A stretch of DNA of 64,000 nt from assembly GCA_042570925.1 (NCBI GenBank), contig JBHPFX010000002.1, forward strand, positions 10,930-74,929, given 5' to 3'. This stretch comes from Patescibacteria group bacterium. Lineage in GTDB: Bacteria > Patescibacteriota > Patescibacteriia > UBA10025. A model generated the notes under the pieces. It was not told where the DNA came from, made no database searches, and was given only the letters and a program-made list of their open reading frames with translations. This document shows positions 54,964 to 64,000 of this stretch, in pieces. The position numbers and the translations under genes were made by a program. The first letter of the stretch is position 1, and the number at the start of each line of letters is the position of its first letter.

Positions 54964-57294
54964 ATGTCAATTTTTACACGAGCAAAGGGAATTCTCGGAA
55001 TAAACGCTCGGAATCTTCTCTACGTTGCCCGTCTTAATTCACGGGCTGCCAAGCGTTTTGCTGATAATAAAATTTACACGAAACAATTTCTTTCGTCGAG
55101 AAGTATCGGAGTGGCAAAAATATACACCGTCATTCGTACTCACCAGGAGTTGAGGCGATTTCAAATTTCAAGCCTTCCGCCAAGTTTTGTAATAAAACCA
55201 AACCACGGATATGGAGGAGAGGGTATTATCATTATCTCCGGGAGAAAGAAAGATATATTTTATGGCGTGGGAGATGATCGATGGGAATGGAAGGATTTAT
55301 TTCAACATATGGTCGCAATTCTTGATGGAAAATACGCGATATCTGGATTACGTGATGAAATTGTTATTGAAGAAAGATTATTGCCCCATGACTATTTTAG
55401 AAAATACGCTGAGATGGGATTGCCAGATATACGTGTCATTGTGTTTAATTTGGTTCCCACTCTTGCGATGCTTAGGTTGCCGAGTGCAGAGTCTAAAGGC
55501 AAAGCAAATTTACATCTCGGAGCTATCGGGCTTGGAATTGATCTCGGGACTGGGCGGGCAACCTTTGGTGTCCGACATAATAAATTCATCACTAAGCTTC
55601 CAAATGGAGATCGAATTAATACGATTCAGCTTCCTGACTGGGATGAAGTACTGCTCACAGCGTCCAAGTGTCAAAAATATAGCGGTATCGGATATCTTGC
55701 CGTTGATCTCACTTTGACGAATAAGGGAGTGAAGGTGGTTGAGCTGAATGCGCGAGCCGGACTGTCTGCTCAAATTGCGAATCGAGTTTTCCTTCGATCA
55801 CGGTTAGAAAAAGTTGCAGACCTTAAGATTATTACTCCGGAGCAGGGAATTGAAATTGCCAAGACACTTTTTTCATTCAAAACTGCTCGACCTCAGCAAA
55901 CTTCATCAGGAAAGCCGGTGCTGGGACTATATGAGCTTGTCAGGCTTCTTAATACAGATCGGGAGTCCGTTATAGCTAAAATTGATCCTCACAGCGATGT
56001 AACATTGCTGGATGAATCTATACAGCTCGAAAAAGGGGAGAAACTGTTGGATATAAAAATTAAAGATCAGAAAATAAAAGTTCCGGTAAAATCATCTGTA
56101 TTGCCAAGAGAAAAGTATCAGGTAGTGATTGCAGGGAAACATCTTAAGGGATTTCTCATTGATATTGCATCCGAACAGCCGGTTGGTGCACATGCACAGA
56201 TATTAACGGGGAGAAATGAAAAAATTCTTCAGAATGTTGATCGCAAGCTTACTGAGATTTCATCTAGTATTCATTTTCTTGCGCTTGTAAAGCCGCAGAA
56301 CCTCGAACGGATCAAAGAGCTTTTTCTTAAGCACCCGACATCATCACCCCAGTTTTCGTATAAGCCTTTGGATATTGATATTCACTTGCTGCGTCGCGAG
56401 CTAAAAAAAATGCACAAAACATTTCATCACCCACTGGCCGAACTCATGCTGAGAAAAATCGATGAACTGGAAATACGCCTGAATCTCATTGAAGCGCGGG
56501 GAACGAAAAAAATGATGAATAGCTCAATTCAACTATACGGAGATGTTGCTGAAAATGAATTTACTGAAGCCCATAACCTTGTTGTTAAAGGAAATGTGGA
56601 AAAAGATACAAGTGAAAAGATCAGCGTGCCGAATGTTGTAAAGCAATTACAAGACTATTTAGCTCAACATAACCTTTCAAACTGGAAAGTGATTATTCAA
56701 GAGGAGGCAACAACTGACATGCAGGTAAATAAGCGTGGTACGGTGTTTGTCAGAAAAAAAGCGCAGATTACGAGCAATCGTCTAAAAAGTCTCATTGTCC
56801 ATGAAATTGAAACACATGTGTTTCGCCACGAAAATGGCAAACGTCAGCCTTATAGAATATTTGAGCAGGGAACTGCTGGATATCTCGAAACTGAAGAAGG
56901 TCTGGCAATATTCAATCAGGAACAACTTGGTATACCACTTGGAGAAAAAAAACTATGGAGCGCACTTAATGTCATTGGCATCTGGCATGGCAAGCACATG
57001 GGGTTTTTAGATTTATTTCATCATTTGCTTAAAACATATCCGATTAATCGTGATACCGCATGGCGCGTCTGTGTTAAAGTAAAACGCGGATTACATGATA
57101 CTGATGAACATGCAGCATTTACCAAGGACAGAGTATATTTTTCTGGATACAAAAAAGTAAAGTCACTGTATGATGATCAGGGACTGGGCGGTATCCGACA
57201 GTTATATATCGGGAAGATTGGCATTGATGACCTCGACATATTGACACCGCTTGGGCCGTGGAATGTCAAACTTCTCCCATCATTTTTTACGTAA
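54964..57294 (+). CDS. ATP-grasp (alpha-L-glutamate ligase-like) fused to a DUF1704/QEGLA-type metallopeptidase
   Basis: N-terminus GILGINARNLLYV...FVIKPNHGYGGEGIII...LAVDL...VVELNARAG. C-terminus HEIETH (HExxxH) and ETEEGLA (QEGLA-like). Confidence 0.65.
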   Translation: MSIFTRAKGILGINARNLLYVARLNSRAAKRFADNKIYTKQFLSSRSIGVAKIYTVIRTHQELRRFQISSLPPSFVIKPNHGYGGEGIIIISGRKKDIFYGVGDDRWEWKDLFQHMVAILDGKYAISGLRDEIVIEERLLPHDYFRKYAEMGLPDIRVIVFNLVPTLAMLRLPSAESKGKANLHLGAIGLGIDLGTGRATFGVRHNKFITKLPNGDRINTIQLPDWDEVLLTASKCQKYSGIGYLAVDLTLTNKGVKVVELNARAGLSAQIANRVFLRSRLEKVADLKIITPEQGIEIAKTLFSFKTARPQQTSSGKPVLGLYELVRLLNTDRESVIAKIDPHSDVTLLDESIQLEKGEKLLDIKIKDQKIKVPVKSSVLPREKYQVVIAGKHLKGFLIDIASEQPVGAHAQILTGRNEKILQNVDRKLTEISSSIHFLALVKPQNLERIKELFLKHPTSSPQFSYKPLDIDIHLLRRELKKMHKTFHHPLAELMLRKIDELEIRLNLIEARGTKKMMNSSIQLYGDVAENEFTEAHNLVVKGNVEKDTSEKISVPNVVKQLQDYLAQHNLSNWKVIIQEEATTDMQVNKRGTVFVRKKAQITSNRLKSLIVHEIETHVFRHENGKRQPYRIFEQGTAGYLETEEGLAIFNQEQLGIPLGEKKLWSALNVIGIWHGKHMGFLDLFHHLLKTYPINRDTAWRVCVKVKRGLHDTDEHAAFTKDRVYFSGYKKVKSLYDDQGLGGIRQLYIGKIGIDDLDILTPLGPWNVKLLPSFFT

Positions 57295-57355
57295 CAGCAC
57301 AACTTGTTGAGAATATAATGTTAATGATATAGTGAGATACGTATGGTGAGGCATT

Positions 57356-60300
57356 ATGACAAAAAATAAAAACTCAGTACTGTTCTGGATTCCCAGAATC
57401 CTTGGTTTCATTCTTGCTGGGTTTATTTACTTATTTTTTATTGATGTCGGACAGGTGATCATGCTGACCTTTGTTCACGGATTTGAAAGGGCTGCGGCGG
57501 GTAATTTTGCTGAAATGTTCAACTTGAGAGAGATGCTGGCTTTTCGTGATACAACAGAACCTCCCACAGGATCTGAATTTCTGGGCGCTTCAATTTTAGC
57601 AGTTGCTTTTATTCTCATAGCACTGATTGTGATGGTGATTATGGTAGTGGTTCTCTTGATACGAATGGTCATGCTTTGGATACTTGTTATCCTTTCCCCT
57701 CTTGCGTATATTCTCGCGGTCTTTCCCGGTTCTCAGAAATATGCAAGTCAGTGGTGGAGCAGTTTCTGGAAATACGTCATGATCGGCCCGGTTCTCGCAT
57801 TTTTTGTTTGGCTCGCATTAACAGTAACGGCGACCACAACTCCTGATCTTGTTACCAAAATAGATGTTGAGACGCAAGATGTAGAATCGCAAGTGATTGC
57901 AGGTGATACTGAAGGTGACACGTTCGCCGCATCAGTAAATAAAGCTTCAGAAGGTCAGAGTATCTTGAAATTTGTCCTTGGTATCGCGATGCTTATGGGT
58001 TCTTTGATGGTTGCGCAGCAAATGGGTGGCGTAGCTGGTAACCTTGCAGGGAAAGCCGCGTCTGCCATTCAAAGAGGTGGGGCAAAGGCCGCACTTACTC
58101 CCTTCGCAGCTGCAAGGAGCCTTACTGGGTATGGATCGAGACAGTTATACAGGCATACTGGCGTACAACTGAATCCCCGACATTGGATTCAGGGGATCCG
58201 TCAGAATTTCCAAAGAAGAAGTATTCAAGACATTGAAGCCGGTCGGGTAAAAGCGGGTGAGTCGCTTATGAAAGGAGGCAGTATCGGGAGCATGATTAAG
58301 GGATTCACCGGTGCGACAGAAGACTTTAGTGATTATTACTTCAGGGGCTTTTTAGGCACTCGTGGATTAATTGGTGAGCGTGATAAAAAGACTGGTCAGA
58401 TACGTGGAGGGCGCATATGGAGAAGCATCAGAGGAGGAGAAGAGAAGGTTAGTGAGATTCGAGAAAGTATTAAAGGGGAAAGAGCAGAATTAAAAAAAAG
58501 AAAAGATATTCTTGAGAGACGGGCGACACAAGAAGAGAAACCAGAAATTGCTGCTGAAGTTCAGGAAAAGCGTGCTCGGCTTGCAGCAGCACAAAGACAA
58601 TTATCGAGCAATCAATTTGATGAGAGCAGTCTTCAGTTTTTTCAGGAAAAATTAAACGGACTCGATCAAGCAAGAGCACTGATACCCAAGAAAGAAGATC
58701 GCACAGAAGCAGATACCGCTGCTCTGGAAAAGCTTGATCTTGAAGCAAATCATTTACGAGAAATAATTGAAAAGATTAATTTAAGCGGATCGGTGAGGCA
58801 AAGTGCTGAAATGCACGTAGGAGATTTGAAGCTGAAAATGGATACCGCCCGAATTCAAGCAATGGAAGCAAGAGAAGGCGGTCAACCTGACCTTGAAAAG
58901 ATGTTAACAAAAGAAGCTGAGCAGCACTCACAGGATATCAAGGCTATAACAGAAGCTCTTGAATTCATGGATGATCCTGATCATGATGAAAAAGCCATTG
59001 TCGATGAAGGGTCGATAAAGAAAATTGCGGAAGTGCTTGGACGCGGTGGAAAGACTCAAGCTGCTGCAGATGCTACCACGCTGAGCGATGTCGCAAAAGC
59101 ACGAGTTGAGGCTTCAATGCACCGACGAGATCAAGGAAAGGCAAGGCTCGCTGGTAATGAAATCGATGAAAAGAAATTTGCGAACCTTGCCGCAAACGCT
59201 GAACAGCAAATTCAACAACTCGCTCCTACGATGGGAATCAAGGCAGAATTTTTAAGTGACTGGCAAAAGGGCTTAAAAGAAGATCTTGCAGAGCTTCAAG
59301 AAGAGCTCAATGAGCAAAAGGTGGGTACGTTGGCATATAAGCTGAAATCAGAACCTCTTTCCTCTGAAGAAAAGAAACGATTAGAGGATGAAGCTACGGG
59401 TATTAATAAAAAAATTGATCAGCTTAATGCTGATGCTATAGCTGCTCGCGGTCCTCAAGCATTTTTTGCAATGCGTGGACGTCGGGGACTTATTCAGGAA
59501 GAAATGCGCAAGCTTACCACGACAAACGAAGACGAGCTCATCATGCTTGCAGAGAATGCTGTGAGAACAGGAAATGATTTACAGCTTGCCGCTGTTTCCC
59601 TTCAGGCAGCACGAGTAGGCCACTGGAACGAACTTCTTAATGCATTTAAGACTACGGACGTGAGTAAATATATTGATCAGGAGACGGGGGAATACCACAA
59701 AAAGACGCCATGGGGAGAAAAGATTAATCCTGATCATGCCCCGGTAGACAGTGAAGGGCATTTTATGGCCAATCAGGCCGGTACCAGTGCGTTTGTAAGG
59801 GATGTTATGATGGGACAATTAAAGATGGGTGAACAGGACGCATTTTCAATTCAAAACGATTTAAGTAATATCGCAGAGAGCATTCACCACTGGTTTGCAG
59901 GCCAGAGTATTGGTAGTAAAGATGGATTATTTTATCAGCGTGATGCCCGTGAGCAGCAACAAAGAGTGATGATTGAAATGGGTAAAAGAGATGAAGAAAA
60001 ACTTCTTCGAGAAGGTAACCGCCTTGCATGGACGACAGAAGGCTGGGTTGATCCAAAGGATCATGACAAGGGCAGGGTTTCCAAATTAAGTCCGGTAGGT
60101 ATATGGGCACTTGATACGAAGCACAACACAATTACACAAAATCTGGCACGTGGACGTTTTAATAAGAATATGGCTATGAACCTTATGTCTGAAGGAAATT
60201 GGGCTACTGTTGAAGAGATTTATAGAAGGAAAAAGGGTGATGATAAAAAAGCCTTTGGCAAGTTTATGAGAGATGTCAGAAAATTTGCCGGAGAAGCTGC

Positions 60301-60424
60301 CGCTGATACAGCTGTGACTATGTCAGAACAAGTTGATACATACCTTGATGCAGCCATGGATATTCAGGATCGATTGCGAAAAGGATCGCAAGGGCTCAGA
60401 ACTTCCATGGATGAATATTTATAG
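57356..60424 (+). CDS. large membrane-anchored coiled-coil protein (weak VirB6/TrbL-like N-terminal TM domain)
   Basis: About 6 TM helices in the first 250 aa (LVILSPLAYILAVFPGSQKYASQWW), then ~500 aa rich in E/K/A/Q, then a globular C-terminus. Family assignment is tentative. Confidence 0.5.
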   Translation: MTKNKNSVLFWIPRILGFILAGFIYLFFIDVGQVIMLTFVHGFERAAAGNFAEMFNLREMLAFRDTTEPPTGSEFLGASILAVAFILIALIVMVIMVVVLLIRMVMLWILVILSPLAYILAVFPGSQKYASQWWSSFWKYVMIGPVLAFFVWLALTVTATTTPDLVTKIDVETQDVESQVIAGDTEGDTFAASVNKASEGQSILKFVLGIAMLMGSLMVAQQMGGVAGNLAGKAASAIQRGGAKAALTPFAAARSLTGYGSRQLYRHTGVQLNPRHWIQGIRQNFQRRSIQDIEAGRVKAGESLMKGGSIGSMIKGFTGATEDFSDYYFRGFLGTRGLIGERDKKTGQIRGGRIWRSIRGGEEKVSEIRESIKGERAELKKRKDILERRATQEEKPEIAAEVQEKRARLAAAQRQLSSNQFDESSLQFFQEKLNGLDQARALIPKKEDRTEADTAALEKLDLEANHLREIIEKINLSGSVRQSAEMHVGDLKLKMDTARIQAMEAREGGQPDLEKMLTKEAEQHSQDIKAITEALEFMDDPDHDEKAIVDEGSIKKIAEVLGRGGKTQAAADATTLSDVAKARVEASMHRRDQGKARLAGNEIDEKKFANLAANAEQQIQQLAPTMGIKAEFLSDWQKGLKEDLAELQEELNEQKVGTLAYKLKSEPLSSEEKKRLEDEATGINKKIDQLNADAIAARGPQAFFAMRGRRGLIQEEMRKLTTTNEDELIMLAENAVRTGNDLQLAAVSLQAARVGHWNELLNAFKTTDVSKYIDQETGEYHKKTPWGEKINPDHAPVDSEGHFMANQAGTSAFVRDVMMGQLKMGEQDAFSIQNDLSNIAESIHHWFAGQSIGSKDGLFYQRDAREQQQRVMIEMGKRDEEKLLREGNRLAWTTEGWVDPKDHDKGRVSKLSPVGIWALDTKHNTITQNLARGRFNKNMAMNLMSEGNWATVEEIYRRKKGDDKKAFGKFMRDVRKFAGEAAADTAVTMSEQVDTYLDAAMDIQDRLRKGSQGLRTSMDEYL

Positions 60425-60430
60425 CACCTA

Positions 60431-62332
60431 ATGTATATGACTCCAGATACCTCAAAAAATATATTGCCATCATTACAGCTAAAAGATGAAAATATCCAGA
60501 AGCAATTTCGTCGAAAGCTTGATGAGATTATTTTAAGCCAAAATATCGAGCAGGCATATCTATTTAGTATAGTGTTGCGTGATCAGCTGAATAAATCCGA
60601 AGATTTTAAACGGATTGATCAGACTGCATACGAGCAGTATGAAAAAATGATAATCCAGGCTCAGTGGATCGCCCTGCTTAATATGCGCCAAGAACAAGTT
60701 CGCTCGTTAATTGGGCAGAATTTAGTTGAAGGAATTGAGATGGAAGATTTTGGAATATTGCAGGCGATACGTACACGACTCCTTCTTGAGCTCGATGTAT
60801 TGAAGCGAGATAAGTTTAAGAAAGAGCTTCTCTCTGATTTACGATTAAACACTCAGTCGCTTACAAATGAAGTGATACGCAGTAGAGATAAGCGATATCT
60901 TCCAACAGTGAAACAATGGATTCAGGAGTACATTGAGGAAATTGGTTCAGATAATCTTGGGGACAGATTAAAGCAGGCGCAGTTCTTTTCTGCAAATTCA
61001 AATGTTAGAAAATTGTCTCCCGAAGAAAAGCGTCGTCTTGAGATTGTGGTGCATATATATGAACGTCTCGCGGCAGACTCGTCCTCCAAAGAGGGCATCG
61101 AGGAAGCAATACCAATCGATGACCCAAAACGAAAGGGAGTTCTCCGAGAAGGTATCTTTGAAGAAATAAAGCCATACGAAATGGAGAAAGAGTTAAAATA
61201 TGCGGAAAGTATTGCAGAGGCTGTCGAAAAACGAGTACAAGAAGGAGTTGGTAAACAACCGACTTCACTTGAAGCACAGGAGCGTCATCACATTGCAGAT
61301 ATGCCCCGTATCCGAGAACAGGTAGCGAAGATTGTACCAAGAACTAAGGGCCAAATTGATAAAATCGAGGAGATATTTGTTAAAGCAATTAAAGATGAAG
61401 ATACGTATTCAGTTTTGGCGGCACTGTATTATTTAGCAGGAAAGAAAGCTTTTCAGAATTTCTTGTTATCTCGAAAAGACTGGGTGCAGAAAGTATCTGC
61501 ATATATTGCTATTCAATACCCAGGAAAAAAGATCTCGGCATTCATTACAAACAATCTCTCTAGTCCTGAGGTTATACAGGGACTTATACGATATATTCTT
61601 CAAGATCAAATGCGCTTGCCTGAATACCGAGTTGCACTTATCGCTATTGATATCGGAAAATTGCTAGGCAGTGAGTATGAAAAGATGGCATATCCGGATT
61701 CTGAAAAGAAGTCATATGTATGGACAAAGATAAAAGCAGAGGGTGAAAAGTTGATTCTCGAAGAACCTCCCAAAATGACGATATCAGAGGAAGAAGTGCT
61801 TGAAGAGGAAGAAGTGTACGGAGAGAGCTTGGATGAACTTCTCGAGTTTGCGAAAAAGCGCATGAAAGAAACGTTTGTCGCAGAAAGCGTATTAATGGGC
61901 AAGGTTGGAGAAAACGCTGTCGAGCTTAAGAAACAACTGGTAAACGCGTTAAAAACTCGTGACGCAGATAAAGCGGTTGGCGCATTACTCATTCTTTCGA
62001 AGATCGGCAAACTACAGCAAGCCCTTAAAGAAAGCGGCAATTGGAGGGAAACCCTGAAAAATTATATTGCTGATAAGTACAATTCACAGGCACTTAAGCA
62101 GTTTGTTGAAGAGAATCCGACTGATCCGACTGTCGTAAGTGAATTTCTGCAATACGTTCTGCAGGACCGTCTTGGCTTCAAGGAAAGTGAGGCGGCTGTC
62201 GTAGGTATGGAAGTCGGTGACAGAATGGGCGGTAAGTATCAGACAATGTCTGCGGCTGATGAAGAAAATAACATGTTTTCATGGATTCCAAATAAGGTTG
62301 AAGACGGGAAACTGGTACCTGAAGTGAAGTAA
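60431..62332 (+). CDS. hypothetical helical protein
   Basis: 6-nt gap after the upstream gene. 633 aa with no TM helix and no recognised motif. Confidence 0.5.
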   Translation: MYMTPDTSKNILPSLQLKDENIQKQFRRKLDEIILSQNIEQAYLFSIVLRDQLNKSEDFKRIDQTAYEQYEKMIIQAQWIALLNMRQEQVRSLIGQNLVEGIEMEDFGILQAIRTRLLLELDVLKRDKFKKELLSDLRLNTQSLTNEVIRSRDKRYLPTVKQWIQEYIEEIGSDNLGDRLKQAQFFSANSNVRKLSPEEKRRLEIVVHIYERLAADSSSKEGIEEAIPIDDPKRKGVLREGIFEEIKPYEMEKELKYAESIAEAVEKRVQEGVGKQPTSLEAQERHHIADMPRIREQVAKIVPRTKGQIDKIEEIFVKAIKDEDTYSVLAALYYLAGKKAFQNFLLSRKDWVQKVSAYIAIQYPGKKISAFITNNLSSPEVIQGLIRYILQDQMRLPEYRVALIAIDIGKLLGSEYEKMAYPDSEKKSYVWTKIKAEGEKLILEEPPKMTISEEEVLEEEEVYGESLDELLEFAKKRMKETFVAESVLMGKVGENAVELKKQLVNALKTRDADKAVGALLILSKIGKLQQALKESGNWRETLKNYIADKYNSQALKQFVEENPTDPTVVSEFLQYVLQDRLGFKESEAAVVGMEVGDRMGGKYQTMSAADEENNMFSWIPNKVEDGKLVPEVK

Positions 62333-62432
62333 CACATTTAATTAGATAATTCACAAGCGCACTTTAATCTGGGTGCGTTTGTTTGTTTGCATTGACAAAA
62401 GGCTCCAAAATCGGGAGAATAAAATATAACCT

Positions 62433-63986
62433 ATGCCAAGTAATAAGAAAAAAGAAATATGGGTAAAGGGAGCTGAGGTGATTCAAACCAGCATTTTTTT
62501 CATGAGTGAACCGACAAAGTTTTTGGTGCAAGAATGGCCAAAATTCGGCTTAGGTAATAAAATCCAACACTATATTTCATATATGGTGGAGGATTTTTGC
62601 AGAATGTATTTCATTCGCCATGAGTTTGATAGCGGTGCTGAGTTCTTGACACGTAAGATGTTTCGAGATCCAGTCTGGGCCTTACGACTGATTGATAAAA
62701 TCGAGCGGTGGTCAAAACTGTTTATGAACGAATCGAAGAATATTCTTTCAAGTCGTATGAGGACGATGACCGATAAGCAGCTGATTAAATTATACACAGA
62801 CTGTCTTCACTATCATGCTCTGCAGAATGGCGTTGGTGCTTCGGTGAGCTGGCTGGCAGATGCGGAGAAGGAACGTTTTACCAAAGGTTTATGGAGACGT
62901 CTTGAAGAACATATGCAGACAGTTGGGAGCATGCATAACATTGCCGAGGTGTTTAGTATTCTCACTACACCAAGAGAAGAAAGCTTTGTCGCAAAAGAAG
63001 AGCGCGACTTCCTCGCTATAGCGATTACTATTTATCACAGATCACGAGTACGAAACATCTTCCGATCAAACAAAATTAGTAATATTTTGCCACAAATTCA
63101 TACTGTAGATAAAAAGCTTTTTCAGCGAATACGTAATCATCATGCTAAGTATTGTTGGCTGAGTTACCAATATCGCGGTCCAGCTAGCCCCATTGAAGAA
63201 TATCTCGAGAGATGGAAAGAAATGATAAAGGGAAAAAGTAATCCCCAGGCGTTACTCACAAAGTATATTCGTGACAGAAAACAAATACTCGCACGCCAAA
63301 GCTGGCTGGTAAAACACTTGGAGATAACCCCTTCTCTTAAGAAGTTGATTCTTCTTGGGCAACGAATGGTATTTATCAAGGCATTTCGCAAAGAAGCCGT
63401 CTATCATGGCATGTATGCATATGACCCCCTTCTTCGGGAAATGGGTAGGAGGCTCGGACTCACAATTGCTCAAATGTGGGCGATGAAAACTGAAGAAGTG
63501 ACGGATGCTCTACTGAACCACGCATTCAATGTGGATGAATTAAACGATCGTCAAAAACTGGCAGTTGTCTTCATTGATCGTAAACATCACACGATTTATT
63601 CTGGAAAAAAGGCAAAAGTATTTCTTAAAAAACTTTCATTTGAGAAGGCTTACGCAGGGAAAGTAAGAGAGTTTCAAGGTACGCCCGCATGTCCAGGCAA
63701 AGTGCGTGGCATTGTGAAAATAGTCAACATTCCCGAGGAGATGAAAAAGATGAAAAAAGGTGATGTGATGGTCGCGCACAATACGAATCCAAATCTCGTT
63801 CCAGCTATGAAAAAGGCCGCTGCTCTGGTAAGTGAGTCAGGAGGACTAACATGTCATACGGCTATTGTTGCCCGTGAGCTGCGGATTCCATGCATTGTGG
63901 GTGTTATAGGAGCCGATAAACTATTAAAAGATGGCGACAAAGTAGAGGTTAATGCCACTACAGGAATCATTTGTAAGATAAAATGA
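62433..63986 (+). CDS. protein with a C-terminal PEP-utilising-enzyme mobile (phosphohistidine swivel) domain
   Basis: GTPACPGKVRG...GDVMVAHNTNPNLVPAMKKAAALVSESGGLTCHTAIVARELRIPCIVGV. The ~400-aa N-terminal region is not recognised. Confidence 0.65.
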   Translation: MPSNKKKEIWVKGAEVIQTSIFFMSEPTKFLVQEWPKFGLGNKIQHYISYMVEDFCRMYFIRHEFDSGAEFLTRKMFRDPVWALRLIDKIERWSKLFMNESKNILSSRMRTMTDKQLIKLYTDCLHYHALQNGVGASVSWLADAEKERFTKGLWRRLEEHMQTVGSMHNIAEVFSILTTPREESFVAKEERDFLAIAITIYHRSRVRNIFRSNKISNILPQIHTVDKKLFQRIRNHHAKYCWLSYQYRGPASPIEEYLERWKEMIKGKSNPQALLTKYIRDRKQILARQSWLVKHLEITPSLKKLILLGQRMVFIKAFRKEAVYHGMYAYDPLLREMGRRLGLTIAQMWAMKTEEVTDALLNHAFNVDELNDRQKLAVVFIDRKHHTIYSGKKAKVFLKKLSFEKAYAGKVREFQGTPACPGKVRGIVKIVNIPEEMKKMKKGDVMVAHNTNPNLVPAMKKAAALVSESGGLTCHTAIVARELRIPCIVGVIGADKLLKDGDKVEVNATTGIICKIK

Positions 63987-64000
63987 TATACTAATACCGT

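Noticed and set aside
1-64000. CRISPR arrays, rRNA/tRNA genes, transposases/integrases and alternative genetic code (UGA recoding)
   Set aside because: I saw no regularly spaced repeats, no cloverleaf-compatible sequences and no recombinase motifs. Long ORFs are intact under the standard code, and TGA is used as a stop (for example at the end of the Fic gene, 11839-11841).

Overview
The window looks like a gene-dense, mostly AT-rich bacterial chromosome segment. Short intergenic spacers, many small membrane proteins and frequent -10 boxes directly in front of ATG codons fit a small-genome, Patescibacteria/CPR-like organism; that lineage call is inference only. The standard genetic code fits, and TGA is used as a stop. 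I found no rRNA, tRNA or CRISPR array. Housekeeping genes: greA, typA/bipA, a DEAD-box helicase, an ABC-F ATPase, an ABC-2 exporter with two paralogous permeases, an MFS, EamA and RND transporter, MscS, an ECF sigma/anti-sigma pair, a Nudix hydrolase and a two-subunit [NiFe] hydrogenase with its maturation protease. Accessory content: (1) a very AT-rich 8.5-kb left end with a SAM-I riboswitch in front of an unknown gene, plus a restriction-modification locus. In that locus a complete LexA repressor is fused in frame to an N6-adenine methyltransferase, followed by a circularly permuted C5-cytosine methyltransferase, and facing an HNH-type nuclease and a small PD-(D/E)XK-like protein. (2) A Fic / DUF45 / HTH-GHKL island bounded by nested duplications of the 5' ends of the genes it displaced, with a second smaller example at greA. 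(3) A Doc toxin-antitoxin pair and an OLD-family ATPase-Toprim nuclease with an unknown partner. (4) A ~530-nt ORF-free, G+C-rich, hairpin-dense segment (29166-29700) ending in a minus-strand intrinsic terminator. This is a candidate large structured RNA that I could not assign to any known class. (5) An ATP-grasp / PKD-7TM / ATP-grasp-DUF1704 peptidase cluster, followed by a 1022-aa membrane-anchored coiled-coil protein. (6) A higher-GC block (about 34.2-38 kb) whose genes carry strong Shine-Dalgarno sites, unlike the leaderless-looking native genes. All family calls rest on motifs read by eye from the translations. No searches or computations were run.
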